DNA of 63,170 nucleotides, filler included, from Kipferlia bialata (Eukaryota): assembly GCA_003568945.1 (NCBI GenBank). It is 7 parts of 7 records of this genome, joined end to end, with 100 filler letters (N's around TTAATTAATTAA, not from the genome) between each part and the next. Parts side by side here need not be neighbours in the genome. Positions count along the whole stretch, not along the records: positions 33,409 to 43,273 come from BDIP01001543.1; positions 43,374 to 53,224 come from BDIP01001544.1; 5 more parts are not named here. One strand, written 5' to 3'. The translations under genes and the position numbers were made by a program. Every line of letters begins with the position of its first letter. Positions within the stretch are counted from its first letter, which is position 1. This document shows positions 40,101 to 52,445 of this stretch, piece by piece. Below the pieces are notes generated by a model. It was not told where the DNA came from and made no database searches. It saw only the letters and a program-made list of their open reading frames with translations.

Positions 40101-43100
40101 ATACCATGTTGTGTATGAGTGCCACCAGTCTTCCTATATATATATATATTTTCCTATATATATATGGACAACTGAATCCATACACACACTATATATATAG
40201 AAAATGGCGCGATTATATATACACTCTCCCTACCATTGTTGTCTATGAATACCACCAGTATGCCGATATTATTTGTAGCCACATATAACCAATCATAGAT
40301 ATATAGTACATGCGCACAAGTAGTATATGTACACATATGCACATATATATGTACCAACAATACCATACTGTCTATGAATACCACCAGTCTGCCATATATA
40401 CTAGTAGACCACTCTATCCATACATAAATGTTTAGTGAATATGCTATAATCATTTCAGTGTCTGTCCATACCACACTGTCTATGAATGCCACCAGTCGAG
40501 ATGTATATACTAATACACTACTTAATCCTGGAATATACCTCATCAATAGATATACCATGGGACACTACATACCATGCTGTCTATGAATGCCACCAGTCTG
40601 CCCCAACATACTTATGGACATATCTACTCACACATACATACTATATATACATATTTCTACATATATCCATACCATGCTGTCTATGAATGCCACCAGTCTG
40701 CCCCCACTGGTCCTGACCTTGTCGGGGCTCCAGCCTAGTATGTAAGGGTATACTATATATATGATATATATATATATATGAGGTATACTGTATATACACA
40801 CTTATATGTATATATATGTATACATTGAATGTATCAGTCCTGACCTTGTCGGGGCTCCAGCCTGGTACATAAGATCTAGGGTACATATAGATATTTACAA
40901 ACGCTTACCCACACACTACTCATTCGCACACTAGAGAGTACACTATCAGTAACACACCTAGCATACTGACCCACAGCATGAGCAGGGCACTGCTACTATA
41001 TGTACATACTATATCACAATATATATATATTAATATCCACATGAAGGTATACATAATTACTTGGAGAGAGGGAGAGAGAGAGAGAGAGGGAGAGAGACAG
41101 TACCTAGCACACTGACCCACAGCATCAGCAGAGCACTGCTACTGTACTCCTCCCTTCTGGCCGCACTGCTGCCATAGTACTCACACAGGTACCTGTTGTG
41201 AGAATGACAGGTTACTATATATGTATACTATATATATGTAGTATGTGGAATATATGTGTGACACTTCGTACTGGCCGCACTGCTGCCATAGTACTCACAC
41301 AGGTACCTGGCATGAGAATAATGTAATAGTAATGTACATACAGACACTGTAACAATAGAATACTCTCATCTGGGTACTAGTCATATAGTACTAATAAAGT
41401 TACCTGTTGTATGTCTATCATGCAAACATATGAGAATGTATTTTGTATGTACGTTACAAACTGTTATCGTTATAATGATGTGTATATCCGTAATGATCTT
41501 TCACTCACTTGACATTGGTCAGTATCAGGTGGGTATGTATTAATATGAATACTGTATGAATAAATACATATATACACTAATCATAGTAGTCACACTCACA
41601 TGATATTGGCCAGTATCAGGGTATTATACACTCACATACTGCATATACATCGACAGGAAGAATCTACGGCTAAAGAAAATAGTATATATATATATATATA
41701 TATCTATATCCTACACTCACATGACGTTGGCCAGCACCAGGTGGGACAGCAGGATCATACACATTCATGAGTATATATAGTATGAGTATATTTATATATA
41801 TACAATATAAGTACACTATAACCATATACTCACATGACATTGGCCAGCACCAGGTGGGACAGCAGGATCATACACATTCATGAGTATACATGTATAGTAT
41901 ATATAGTATGAGTATATATATACTACATTAATATACACTATATATATATACACATACTCACATGACATTGGCCAGCACCAGGTGGGACAGCAGAATCAGG
42001 GCAAAGATGTTGACGGCTGGGGATCAGTGCATCACAATTAAGGTATAGTACATGTATGAACATATATACATTGATAAACACATCTCCAGTGGGCTCCAAG
42101 AGAGGAAATAGAATATAGAAAAAGCAAAGATGTTGACGGCTGGGGATCAGTGTCAGTGAGGGTGTTGTGAATACATAAAACGATATATATATATATATAC
42201 ACCATCACATATGTACCATACTATGCATACGTACACACATGAATATACATTGTATTATACGTACCTAGAGCACTTGTGATGGGTGCAAAGATGTCCCAGT
42301 CACTGGCAAGGCCTGGGGTGGGGGGGATACCCTTTAAAGTCACACATATATAGATAGCCATATTAATAGATGGAGAACATAGATGCATGACGGATAACTG
42401 ATACGACAACCACTCACTCTCGCATGGGACTGCAAATGCAATGCCTGTCTCGTGGAATGGCACAGTGTATCTGGGGTCAGAGAGGTAGAGAACGGTATGA
42501 TACTATGTAAAACTATTATATAATATGAATATATATAAATTATTATATTATATATATAATTATATATTAGTATATATAAAAAGAACGAGAGTGTCGGATG
42601 TTGGACAGTAAATCTGGCAAGAGACATTTAGGTATATGGATCATTGAACATTGAATTAGTGCGTACACACATATACATACACATATATGTACATATGCAC
42701 CTATATATATATATATCATATTGACTACGCATTGGGAATCAATGTATGTATGTATACCTGACATATACTATATACACAATAATAATGAAGAAATAATAAT
42801 ATACTATTGAAAGTGTCAATAGCTTTATAGCATACTACTGATGTATACCTCACGTTCTTATACACCCTGTCCTCATAGAGTGACACACTGCTGAGGAAGG
42901 CAGGGTTAATATATATACACACACACACCCATATATATATATACATATATATAGACTATATATTACTATACCTCACGTTCTTGTACACCCTGTCCTCATA
43001 GAGTGACACACTGCTGAGGAAGGCAGGGTACTGGTTGGCAGCAACGGCGTCAACGGCCTAGTATAAGGGTGATATACTAATATGTAAATATATAGGTAGT

Positions 43101-43167
43101 GTCTAGTAGAGACATATAACATGCCCTACCTCATCGAACGACAGATCGGCACAGGTCAGCTCGTAGT
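37171..43167 (-). CDS. Ionotropic glutamate receptor-like ligand-gated ion channel (S1-M1-M2-M3-S2-M4), 5' truncated, 14 exons seen
   Basis: Spliced translation: YELTCADLSFDE|AVDAVAANQYPAFLSSVSLYEDRVYKNV|RYTVPFHETGIAFAVPCE|SLASDWDIFAPITSAL|AVNIFALILLSHLVLANV|MYLCEYYGSSAARREEYSSSALLMLWVSVL|GWSPDKVRTSGGRLVAFIDSM|VSAILLALYLSAVTLEGVEQGTGTFSLDSLEGVAI|GAESGNSFWDWLLDEGAAPVDYPEESFDDCFSALFES|DPPIVACSGDLDSISIGVNAYTQADVCVHSE|VAELQQVYSVVSRDETDLLDSMNEALVTLMTDG|RMSYLEDYWMESAPSSSGISYQ|VTLWALCGYGAVALWMGVMFTC|RASSRRSKTPNPVTRVPV*. All junctions are GT-AG and in phase. The domain order matches iGluR/GLR channels. Confidence 0.85.
37290..42910 (-). repeat. About 30 intronic partial copies of flanking exon ends ('exon echoes') in TA-rich filler
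   Basis: Examples: 42849-42907 copies the end of exon 42972-43057. Four copies of the M1 exon end lie at ~41834, 41719, 41600 and 41510. Five copies of the RLVAFIDSM end lie at ~40572, 40469, 40363, 40233 and 40103. 39912-39956 copies the start of the M3 exon. Confidence 0.9.
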
Positions 43168-43273
43168 CTGGGGGGTGAGTATATAGTGATCATTACTGTA
43201 CACCACACATATACAGATATAGGGTAAGAGAGAGATGGGGGGGGGGGGGCATGTCGTATAATAGTCTCGGGAG

Positions 43274-43373
43274 NNNNNNNNNNNNNNNNNNNNNNNNNNN
43301 NNNNNNNNNNNNNNNNNTTAATTAATTAANNNNNNNNNNNNNNNNNNNNNNNNNNNNNNNNNNNNNNNNNNNN
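43274..43373. other. Artificial contig linker
   Basis: N44-TTAATTAATTAA-N44. Confidence 0.99.
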
Positions 43374-43561
43374 TAAAAGGGGTGTTTTTTCCCCCCCCCC
43401 CCCCCCCCCCCTCCGTCTCGCCCTCTTTCCATTCTCTCTCTCTCAGATCATACTCTCTCATGATGGTATAGTGTCTCCCTATCCCTCTCCCTCTTCCTCC
43501 AATTCCACGATGAGTCCAACATAGAGACTCCGTGTCTCTCTTTTTTTCTCCCCCCCCTCAG

Positions 43562-44548
43562 GTCAACGATGACCTGGACACAGACTCTCTCTCTCTCTCT
43601 CTCTATCTGCATATAGATATTTGCTTGTATATCTTGTCTCACCTCAGGTCAATGATGATCTGGGCACATACTTTGATGTGTACTGCTCGCTGGACGGGTG
43701 AGTATGCATAGTAACAGCACTTACATCCCACACCTCTCTCTCTCTGAGAGAGTCTCTCTCTTTGCTTTCTCATACTCTTCTTTCTCTCCCAATCTTTCTC
43801 TGTACGGGGTGATTGTCTCTCATCCAATCGCTCTCTCAACCCAGTTTTCGACATCTTGTTCTTCGCTCTCTCTCTCCCACCCACCCCAGCTCCTTCATCT
43901 CTCTGTTCGAGGCTGTCAACCAGGACGAGTGGCCATTCCTCATAGGTATATATATACTATATATATATATATATACATATACTTGGTATAGAGTATGTGT
44001 GTGTATCTATATCTATGTCTGTTCGAGGCTGTCAACCAGGACGAGTGGCCGTTCCTGATAGGTATTTATAGGATGTATATATATTGAGTGTGTATATGTT
44101 AATCATCAGGCAATATCGTTAATCTGAGAGGGCGTTGTACATTTCATCACAAGCAGAGTAGCTGATCCGAGCTGACATTCCACCAAGCACATATTTCCTT
44201 CTCCCCCCGCCTCTTTCTCTATCTCATGTCTATTAGGCATACTATAACTATATATACACTTATATAGAACTATATATATAATTATATATAATAGTATTAA
44301 TAATTATACTACAACACCAGGAGCCCAGTTGTCTCTCTCCTCATCTGTCTCTCTCTATTAGCTAATATCTGTTAAAGCTCCAGGCGCCTTTGCCACCAAG
44401 CCCAGCAGTCCCTCCACCTCCCTCTCTCCCCCAATATGAATACATATATATATACCTTATCCCTAGGCGCCTTTGCCACCAAGCCCAGCAGAGTATCTCT
44501 CTCTCTCTCTCTCTCTCTCTCTCNNNNNTGCCACCAAGCCCAGCAGAG

Positions 44549-44598
<50 letters not shown>

Positions 44599-47500
44599 CT
44601 TCTAACATCTAGGTGCCTTTGCCACCAAGCCCAGCCGAGTGGCCCTGGCAGACTACATGCTCAACATCAACCTCAGCAGCAAGAGTACGTAATTACCATG
44701 AATGTTTGTTGACTCTTCAAGATATATATATGAGCTTTTGTCCCCATCTAACCCATGCCTGATTTCCCCCTGTTCCCTCTCTCTCTCTCTCTCCCCCTAT
44801 TACTCTATCTAACCCATGCCTTATTGTACCCTGTTCCACATCGGTGTCAGGCTTTGCAATGTTCGCACCAATGTAAGTGACATCCCTGTATATGGTGCAT
44901 ACGTCTATACTACCCTTTCTCCCGCTCTGACAGATCTATGTTTGTATCAACCACCTTGTCCACGCCACTCTTTTCCCGCTCTAATGTCCCAGGTTCGAGC
45001 CCCTCTCTGTCAATATCTTTGCCATGATGATACTGGTGCATCTGGTATCAGCCAATCTGGTGTTCCTCACAGGTACTCTTCACCCGCCCTTTCTCATTAT
45101 GTAAATATTACTTTCACATTGAGTTTCTGCACGTAAAGTCTTCCCTGAGTTCTTGAACTCCACTCTTATATATATAGATCTATATACATAATACATATAC
45201 CCTTTTGGCAGAGCAGTGTGGCTCGTCCCTGAGGAACACATGACCCGTTGCATGCTTCCATGAACGATATACATATATCAAGTGTGTGTACATGTATACT
45301 AACAATACCAGAGTACTTTGGGTCCACATCGCTGAGGAAGACCATGCAATACTCCAAGAATGGACCCATCATGTTCTACATGGCATTCATAGGGTATGTG
45401 ATACATGTATATACATTATATATATCTAATAGGTATATATACTATATATAGATAATACATATATATACCATATATACACACTACATCTGCAGGAGTGGAC
45501 CCATCATGTTCTAGATGGCATTCATAGGGTGAGTTTGTATATGTATTTATACATATATATTAGTATCGTAACTATACTGTAATATATACTGTATATGTAC
45601 CAATGAATTGATATATGCATAGTACTCCAAGTATGGACCCGTCATGTTCTACATGGCATTCATAGGGTATGGACATGTATATATATATACATATTCTATA
45701 TATATACTATATCTCTAGTATGTATATATGTGCTATATATACGATATATACATACTACATATGCAGGATTGGACCCATCAAGTTCTACATGGCATTCATA
45801 GGGTATGTGATATGTGTGTATATATATGCTGTATATAAACTATATATCTTGTATGTGTATATACCATATATACATACTACACTAGCAGGAATGGACCCAT
45901 CATGTATACATGGCATTCATAGGGTATGTGATACATGTGTATATATTCTATATATCAAATATATATATATATATATATATACTATATATAGGTACTGCTA
46001 TACTGCACGAATGGACGGACCCGTCATGTATACCTCCTCCCCCCAGGTGGGACCTCAACAAGATCAACACTAGTCTGGGACGGTTCATCATGTTCATAGG
46101 TGGGGTATACATACATGTGTGTATATATTTACATATATTTATATATATAATGTTCATAGGTAGGGTATATATATATATATATATATACATACTTAATGCT
46201 TCGAATTGGATAGAACATGATGTGTCCACCTTTACCAGTCTGAGACGGTTCATGTACAGTAGAGTATAAATTCAAACGTAGATATACATATATGCATGTA
46301 TGATGCTCATAGGATATGTGTACCAAGAATTCCACTATATAGTATAGACACAGACTCTTCGTTCTCTCTTCTCTATACTATAATATATAGCTGTCTCACC
46401 CTTAGATGTCATGCTGGAGACTGTCCTCGCGGCATATTCATGTATAGTACCATAATAGTACGCTGCTCTACATATTTGTTTCTCTCTCCATATATATGTT
46501 TCTCTCTCCATATATGTGTTTGATTCACATATACTTACAGTAGATGTGATGCTGGAGACTGTCCTGGCTGCATACTTCATAGGGTCAGTCACGGCATCCA
46601 CAGAGGTGGGTATATCAAATAGACTAGTATATATAGTAGGGTATATATACCTATGCACTATTAGCTTCACACTTCATAGGGTCAGTCACGGCATCCACTG
46701 TGGTATATAAACACCTGATATATTGAGATATATATGTATCTCTTCACATGTCTCACCCCAGCTTGGCATCAATGTCAGCTTCAGTTGCATTATACATACC
46801 TCTCTCACCTTCTGTATCGATATGGATGTGAATATCCTCAATTGTATACTAGTAAACCTCTCACCCTCAGCTGGGCATCAATGTCAGCTTTAGTGTGGAC
46901 ACGGCCAGTGACTTCACAATAGGGTGCAGGTACACATCCATGATATATAGTAGTATATATATATGTAGTATATATATATATATATATGTATACATAGGTG
47001 TGTGACACCGCCAGTGACTTCACAATAGGGTGCAGGTACATGGTGGTATAAGTAGAGTGTTAGTATCGTGCAACATATAGTGTATAATTATTATAATTAT
47101 TCTCGTGTAATTGTCTTATTCTCAGAGCCTCCTCGTCTGTGGACCAGGTGGAGGAGTGTACTCTATCTCTCTTTCTCTCTCTCTCTTACCCTATACGTAC
47201 CTATATACTTACTACCAGACCCTCCTCGTCTGTGGATCAGGTGGAGGAGTGGGGGGCAGACTTAGTCTTGGTGGACAGTACAGGTGGGTGTATTTATAGT
47301 ATATTGGAATACGAGACTTACACTTTGTTCTCACCCCTAGAGGAGTGTGCTGCCCTTATCAATGTGCCTATTGCAGATGGTGGGGTGGATGCGTGTCTAG
47401 GGTATGGATATGGATATGCAATTGTACTATGTATATATGTATATACCTATGAGACTATATTGAGAGATATAGTATATATACATGTCCGTAGCAGATGGTG

Positions 47501-48077
47501 GGGTGTATACTTGTCTGGGGTATGAACTTACCCAATACGTATTCGTGTATGAGTGTGGTGCCTCTCTGTGTTTCGGTCCCTATTCTTCGTCTCTCCCTCA
47601 GACTCACTCTAGATCCTATGAGCCCCTTGCCTACCTCCAGAACCACGTATTATCTCTCTCTCTCTCTCTATCACTTACACTTAGTTCCTATGAACCCTTG
47701 GCCTACTACCTGCAGAACCATGCTGGGGATGGACTGTGCATATACGATGAGACACTCGTACCAGGTGTGTATACATATATATGTATACCTATATATATAT
47801 ATACATGTATATAGTGGTGTACTATACTTTTGGAAGGACTGTGCATATACGATGAGACACTGGTGCCAGGTAGAGATGAAACTATATGTTATTTCTCTAT
47901 AGCACCTCTCCTACTCTCTTTAACCCTTCAGGCACCCGCACCGGTGCTGTGAACTTTGCATACCCAGACCTAAGGAGGGATATAGATGGTAGGGATGAGT
48001 ATATACAAATCAAATTTTTTTTTCACATATAGAGTTGTTTGAATTGATATACATACAGGTATACCGAAGGACACGTT

Positions 48078-48108
<31 letters not shown>

Positions 48109-48640
48109 ATGTATAGGTATAAATATGCACCCTCCCCCCAGGTGTCATTGTGTGTAGAATGATGGCAGGATGTACGTATCTCTCTCTCTCTACTTATCAA
48201 TACAATTCTTTTCTTTGTTTCTCTCTCTATATATACACCCTCACCCCAGGTGTCATTGCGGCCATGCAGGATGACGGCAGGATGGATGCACTCGAGGAGA
48301 AGTGGTTCGGAGGTATGTAAACATATATACCAACTGGCAATGTGTATATATGTTGAGATAACTAACCCCCAGGCCTTGATGCTTATATGCTCCTGGGCAG
48401 CGTCTCTTTCTCTCACTCGCTCTCACTCCCCCGTTTGTCTTTACTCTATCATTGTGTGTATACTAACCCCCAGGCCTTGATGCCGATATGCTCCTGGGCA
48501 ATGACACAGCCAGTGTCTCCATGGAGGTATGTACTATGCACAGGCATTATATATATAGTGGATTATACATTTCCTTAGGTATGCGGGTATGTGTGGTGTA
48601 TATGTATTAATGGCACAGCCAGTGTGTCCATGGATTTATG
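43562..48640 (+). repeat. Intronic partial copies of flanking exon ends ('exon echoes')
   Basis: Examples: 43562 (VNDDL), 44022-44061 (FEAVNQDEWPFLI|gt), 44383 and 44467 (ag|GAFATKPS), four to five GPIMFYMAFIG|gt copies at 45495-46030, 46406 (ag|DVMLETVLAAY), 46762, 47010, 47126, 47490, 47612, 47836, 48142, 48373 and 48613. Confidence 0.9.
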
Positions 48641-48977
48641 CAGTGAAAACACACACACACTATCTCTATCTCTCTCTGTCCACGCGCAATCTCTCTCTCT
48701 CTCCCCCTCTACACCCTTATTGTCAGTGGTGGACCTTCCTGGCCATTGGCCTCCTGGTCTTCTTCCTGTTCTCCACGATGCTCCACAGGTACACAGTAAA
48801 TATATATATGACATCACCTTCGTGAGTGCAAATGTAGGTAGATGTGTTATATGTGTACATATACCTCACCGTAGACTCTGCACCAGGAGTGCCAACAGGG
48901 AGGAGAAGAGAGAGAGACAGAGGGACAGAGAGACAGAGGTCCTGAGGACAGTCCCAGTGGGAAGACTCCACATGTGA
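43648..48977 (+). CDS. Second ionotropic glutamate receptor-like channel, paralog of 37171-43167, 5' truncated, 17 exons seen
   Basis: Spliced: VNDDLGTYFDVYCSLD|GSFISLFEAVNQDEWPFLI|GAFATKPSRVALADYMLNINLSSK|SFAMFAP|MFEPLSVNIFAMMILVHLVSANLVFLT|EYFGSTSLRKTMQYSKNGPIMFYMAFI|GWDLNKINTSLGRFIMFI|DVMLETVLAAYFIGSVTASTE|LGINVSFSVDTASDFTIGC|RPSSSVDQVEEWGADLVLVDST|EECAALINVPIADGGVDACL|GSYEPLAYYLQNHAGDGLCIYDETLVP|GTRTGAVNFAYPDLRRDID|GVIAAMQDDGRMDALEEKWFG|GLDADMLLGNDTASVSME|WWTFLAIGLLVFFLFSTMLH|RLCTRSANREEK...LHM*. The segment DG.M..L..KWFG is typical of the PBP2/S2 end. A short exon may be missing between S1 and M1. Confidence 0.85.
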
Positions 48978-49183
48978 CAAGCTGAGCCTACTTGATTTGT
49001 GACAAGCTAGGGGGTCAACGCCACCCCACTTCTGAATAGCCAGCTACTAGCCACTGTAAGCGCCTTTGATAACACACTCTATATGTCTTAATAATCATGT
49101 TTCTACTCTCCGTGTGCATTACTCCCTTGGCACTTGGGTGTCGGGGATCAAGGATAAATGACGGTTCTTTGTTGAGGGTCGCA

Positions 49184-50359
49184 ATGACTTCTTCTGACAT
49201 ATTGGAGTCCAATTTGGATATACCTAATGATACGTACAGTAACGGTGTAAACACCATGTATATACCACTCACTGACACTGTAGATTCTCTACAGTTAAGG
49301 TGCATTTCTACAGTGATGGGCCTTTGCTACAGTTCAAGTACACTCTTTCCCATCAGAGAGAGACACAGCCATCACACACAGACACGAAGACATAGGCAGT
49401 CTATTCTCCATATGACTCTTGAGAAGCCAAAGGAAGGGGAGAGAGAGGACGGTACACACTCAGTGGCTGGTGGAGAGAGAGATACAAAGGGTGGTGGAGG
49501 GACACATCACTCTGACCCAGCAGGTACATGATATACCGTATGTCAAGCCATGAACCTCATGGGTTGGAGGTACATGAGTACATTGCTTGTCTATTACTAT
49601 CAGTGGTTAAACACCACATGCTCACGGAAGTAGCTAGAGATGCATTGTAACTCATAAATACCATGAAGACATTGACTGACTCCTCAGGTGGCATCTCGAG
49701 AGAGGCAGACACACTCGACACTGTCCCAGATGCCCAGGGAGAGAGAGAGGGAGAGGGTACCGTGGCTACAACCCAGGATGGTGTTGATGGTGCCAGACCC
49801 CAGCCAGTGGGGCACAGACACAGGCCAAGGGAGGTAGAGGTGAGTACCCGTATACCACTCTGAGCGTTGATCTCTGTCCAGGTACAGATGTATTGCTAGA
49901 GACTATACCCAAATAGGGTACCAAAAGTACATGTATGTCTCACCCCAGTTCAGGGCCAGGTGGCACCGGCTGCTCTGCTCATGCTTCCTAGGTGGGGACT
50001 GGGAAGACTCACCATTACTACATATTCTCCATTCTCTCAACTATGTTACTTTCGGTAGGAGTATATCCTATCCCGTATTGGATTCCTATCCGTTACGGCT
50101 AATCCGACAATTAAAGATACTATCAAATCCCACATGTAGGGATGTTGACGTATAGCTGTGTACCATCATTGTAATGTGTTTACTCATGCTAGGAAGGGAC
50201 CTCCGGAGGGAGAGAGAGGAAGAGCTGAGGGAGAGAGAGGAGGTGAGCAGGAGAGAGGAGAGGGAGCAAGAGGATACTGACAGGAGGAACGCACGGGAGA
50301 GACAGGCAGAGGGGGTGGATGCGGGGAGAGAGAGGGAGGCACATGGTAAGAGAAAGTGA
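49184..50359 (+). CDS. Small hydrophilic, probably disordered hypothetical protein, 5 exons
   Basis: MTSSDILESNLDIPND|TERHSHHTQTRR...HSDPA|GGISREADTL...REVE|FRARWHRLLCSCFL|GRDLRREREEE...HGKRK*. Phases are compatible. Confidence 0.6.
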
Positions 50360-50834
50360 CCTAGGTTTGAACCGGCATTCCGTGACAGAAGATGCCACAT
50401 GTTGACTTTGACCTCATGCGACCATTACTCCTTACTGTAATTTGTCGGATCTCTGATTCAGCAATTCTCTGAGTTCCTTGAATAGACATTTGACACATAC
50501 ACCGCAGCCTGCAATTTGCAGGAGAGACAATGATGAATATAGGAGACTGAACAGGATCCTATTGATAAATATCATATGTACCACACAGAACTGTGGGGAC
50601 ACACTCCTAGATTCATACTATATCATATATAGTATATGAACTATTTTACATCGACGCCACCCAAACATCTAGTGGCAGGGGCACTGTAGTCTATTGTTGC
50701 GCAAGCAGAATGATTATGACCCAGATTCACACATAGTGTGGCAGGTTAGTAGATACTACATTGTAGTAACTACAGCCTTGTCACATACACTCACACATTA
50801 CCAAGCAATGAAGTATAGATGTATATATCTCTAC

Positions 50835-52445
50835 TCACACATTACCCAGCAGAGGCTGTGTCTCGTACTGCACGGCATCTAGCTTAGGGTTGTACACTGG
50901 GGGTGCTGAGCCACCATTGCCCGACCCCTTGCCCTGTCTGGAGTAGCACACGCACAGGCACAGGGAGACTATAGTGCCCAGGGATACTATACCAACCATA
51001 CCAACCAGGGCATACTGCCACCAGGGGGTGCCTGGAGTATCAATGTGCCTAACTGCATATACAGTATATAGTAAGTACATACATAGTGTACACGTGTATA
51101 ATGGTGTGGTAACCATACATATATATATGCGTGTATCTGGGGGGGTACCTGTTGTGTCACTGCCGTCTGACACGTTGGAGGTGTAGCTGCAGGACATGCT
51201 GACCTAAGAGTGAGTGACATGCTACTCTCTCTATATTCTGTGACATGTCACACTCACCAGCACATCGTAGTCATCCGAGTAGTCCTGCTCCGTCTCAATT
51301 GTCACAGCCACACAGTTCTGGTCAGTGCCAGGCTCCGTGTTGAGGGAGAAAGACTCGCGAAGATGGGCAACGCCATACCTGGGATGAGTGCACAAATACA
51401 GATATATATACATATACATAAACAACAATGTACTTCCATATCTAAATGTACATATTTACATGTAGAGACTACTTCTACCTAGCATCCTTGAGCTCCATCT
51501 GGGTCACCTCGACGATGTATAGTATGTATCAGTATACAACTACTAACGTTAATAGTAGTATATACATATATACATAAGCATTGTATACCTAGCATCCTTG
51601 AGTTCCATTTCAGTCACCTCGACATCCTCCCCCTGTCCCTCACAGTGTGCGGCATACACACCCACATAGCCGGAGAAGCCACTCACACCCTTACACCTGA
51701 GGTCGGTATTATGAATATTGAAGTAACACAATCTCAATACTCGGTACTACAGTAATAGTATACCTAATGTCAATGCTCTCCAGACCCTCGGGATGGATGG
51801 CCCAGGTGTCATACTGGAAGGGTACATAGCGAGAGGTGGCGAAGGTATCAGCGCCGGCAGTGAGGGAGACTGTCTGGGTGTCATAGACTCCTGTCTCGTA
51901 GGTCAGGGTGAAGCCGTAACTATCAGAGCCGTAACAAGTATCCGTAGCGTCTGTGTCGTACTGCACCACCCAGCAGTTGGTGGAGTCATGGGTGTAGATG
52001 GGGGTGACCACTGACACGTGCTCGTGGTAGTTGCTGTCGTCGTAGTGTATCTCTGCAATGGTATCCTCAATCGTCACCACACCACCGTTGCACATACCGT
52101 GGGAGACAGTGATCTTGTCGCCGGAGATACAGTACTCTATGGTCATCTCCGTGTGCTCCTTGCCGCTGTATGCATACACATACCGAGCGTGTATGTCGAC
52201 CCCTGTTGACTTGTCAGCAGGGACATAGAAGGAGTCACTGGGGGAGGTCAGGTAGGTCACGTCAAACGCAACATCAGCGGAAGCAATACATATGGCGAAG
52301 AGCAAGATCAGCAACGCAGCTGGGGTGAGGAGGTAAAGAGAAGAAAGAGAATCCCAAAACTCAGTATTCTCGTCAATAACGTTCTTAAATAGGCACCAAA
52401 CGACCTTGGACGGACATATTGAACAAAATGTTACTTACCTATCAT
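50835..52445 (-). CDS. Type I membrane/surface protein, 6 exons, apparently complete
   Basis: ATG-ATA-G|gtaagt at 52445. Signal peptide MIAALLILLFAICIASA. Beta-rich Thr/Asp/Tyr/Cys ectodomain (ORF 51709-52314 plus three exons). TM segment WWQYALVGMVGIVSLGTIVSLCLCVCY. Tail SRQGKGSGNGGSAPPVYNPKLDAVQYETQPLLGNV*. Confidence 0.8.

Noticed and set aside
40100..40740. Repeat-spacer-like pattern resembling a CRISPR array (also 45360-45930)
   Set aside because: The repeats are exon-end copies with GT donors, spacing is irregular, the context is eukaryotic and there are no cas genes.
43130..43700. Apparent head-to-head pair of iGluR-like genes
   Set aside because: The genes are on separate size-sorted contigs, so adjacency carries no linkage information.
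44462..44585. Two identical tgccaccaagcccagcagagtatctctc copies around NNNN
   Set aside because: They flank a scaffold gap in a (CT)n tract. The second copy may be an assembly duplication and was not counted as an independent echo.
45669..46335. Tyr/Ile-rich ORFs here and throughout the window
   Set aside because: Read-through of (TA)n/(TG)n intron microsatellites.
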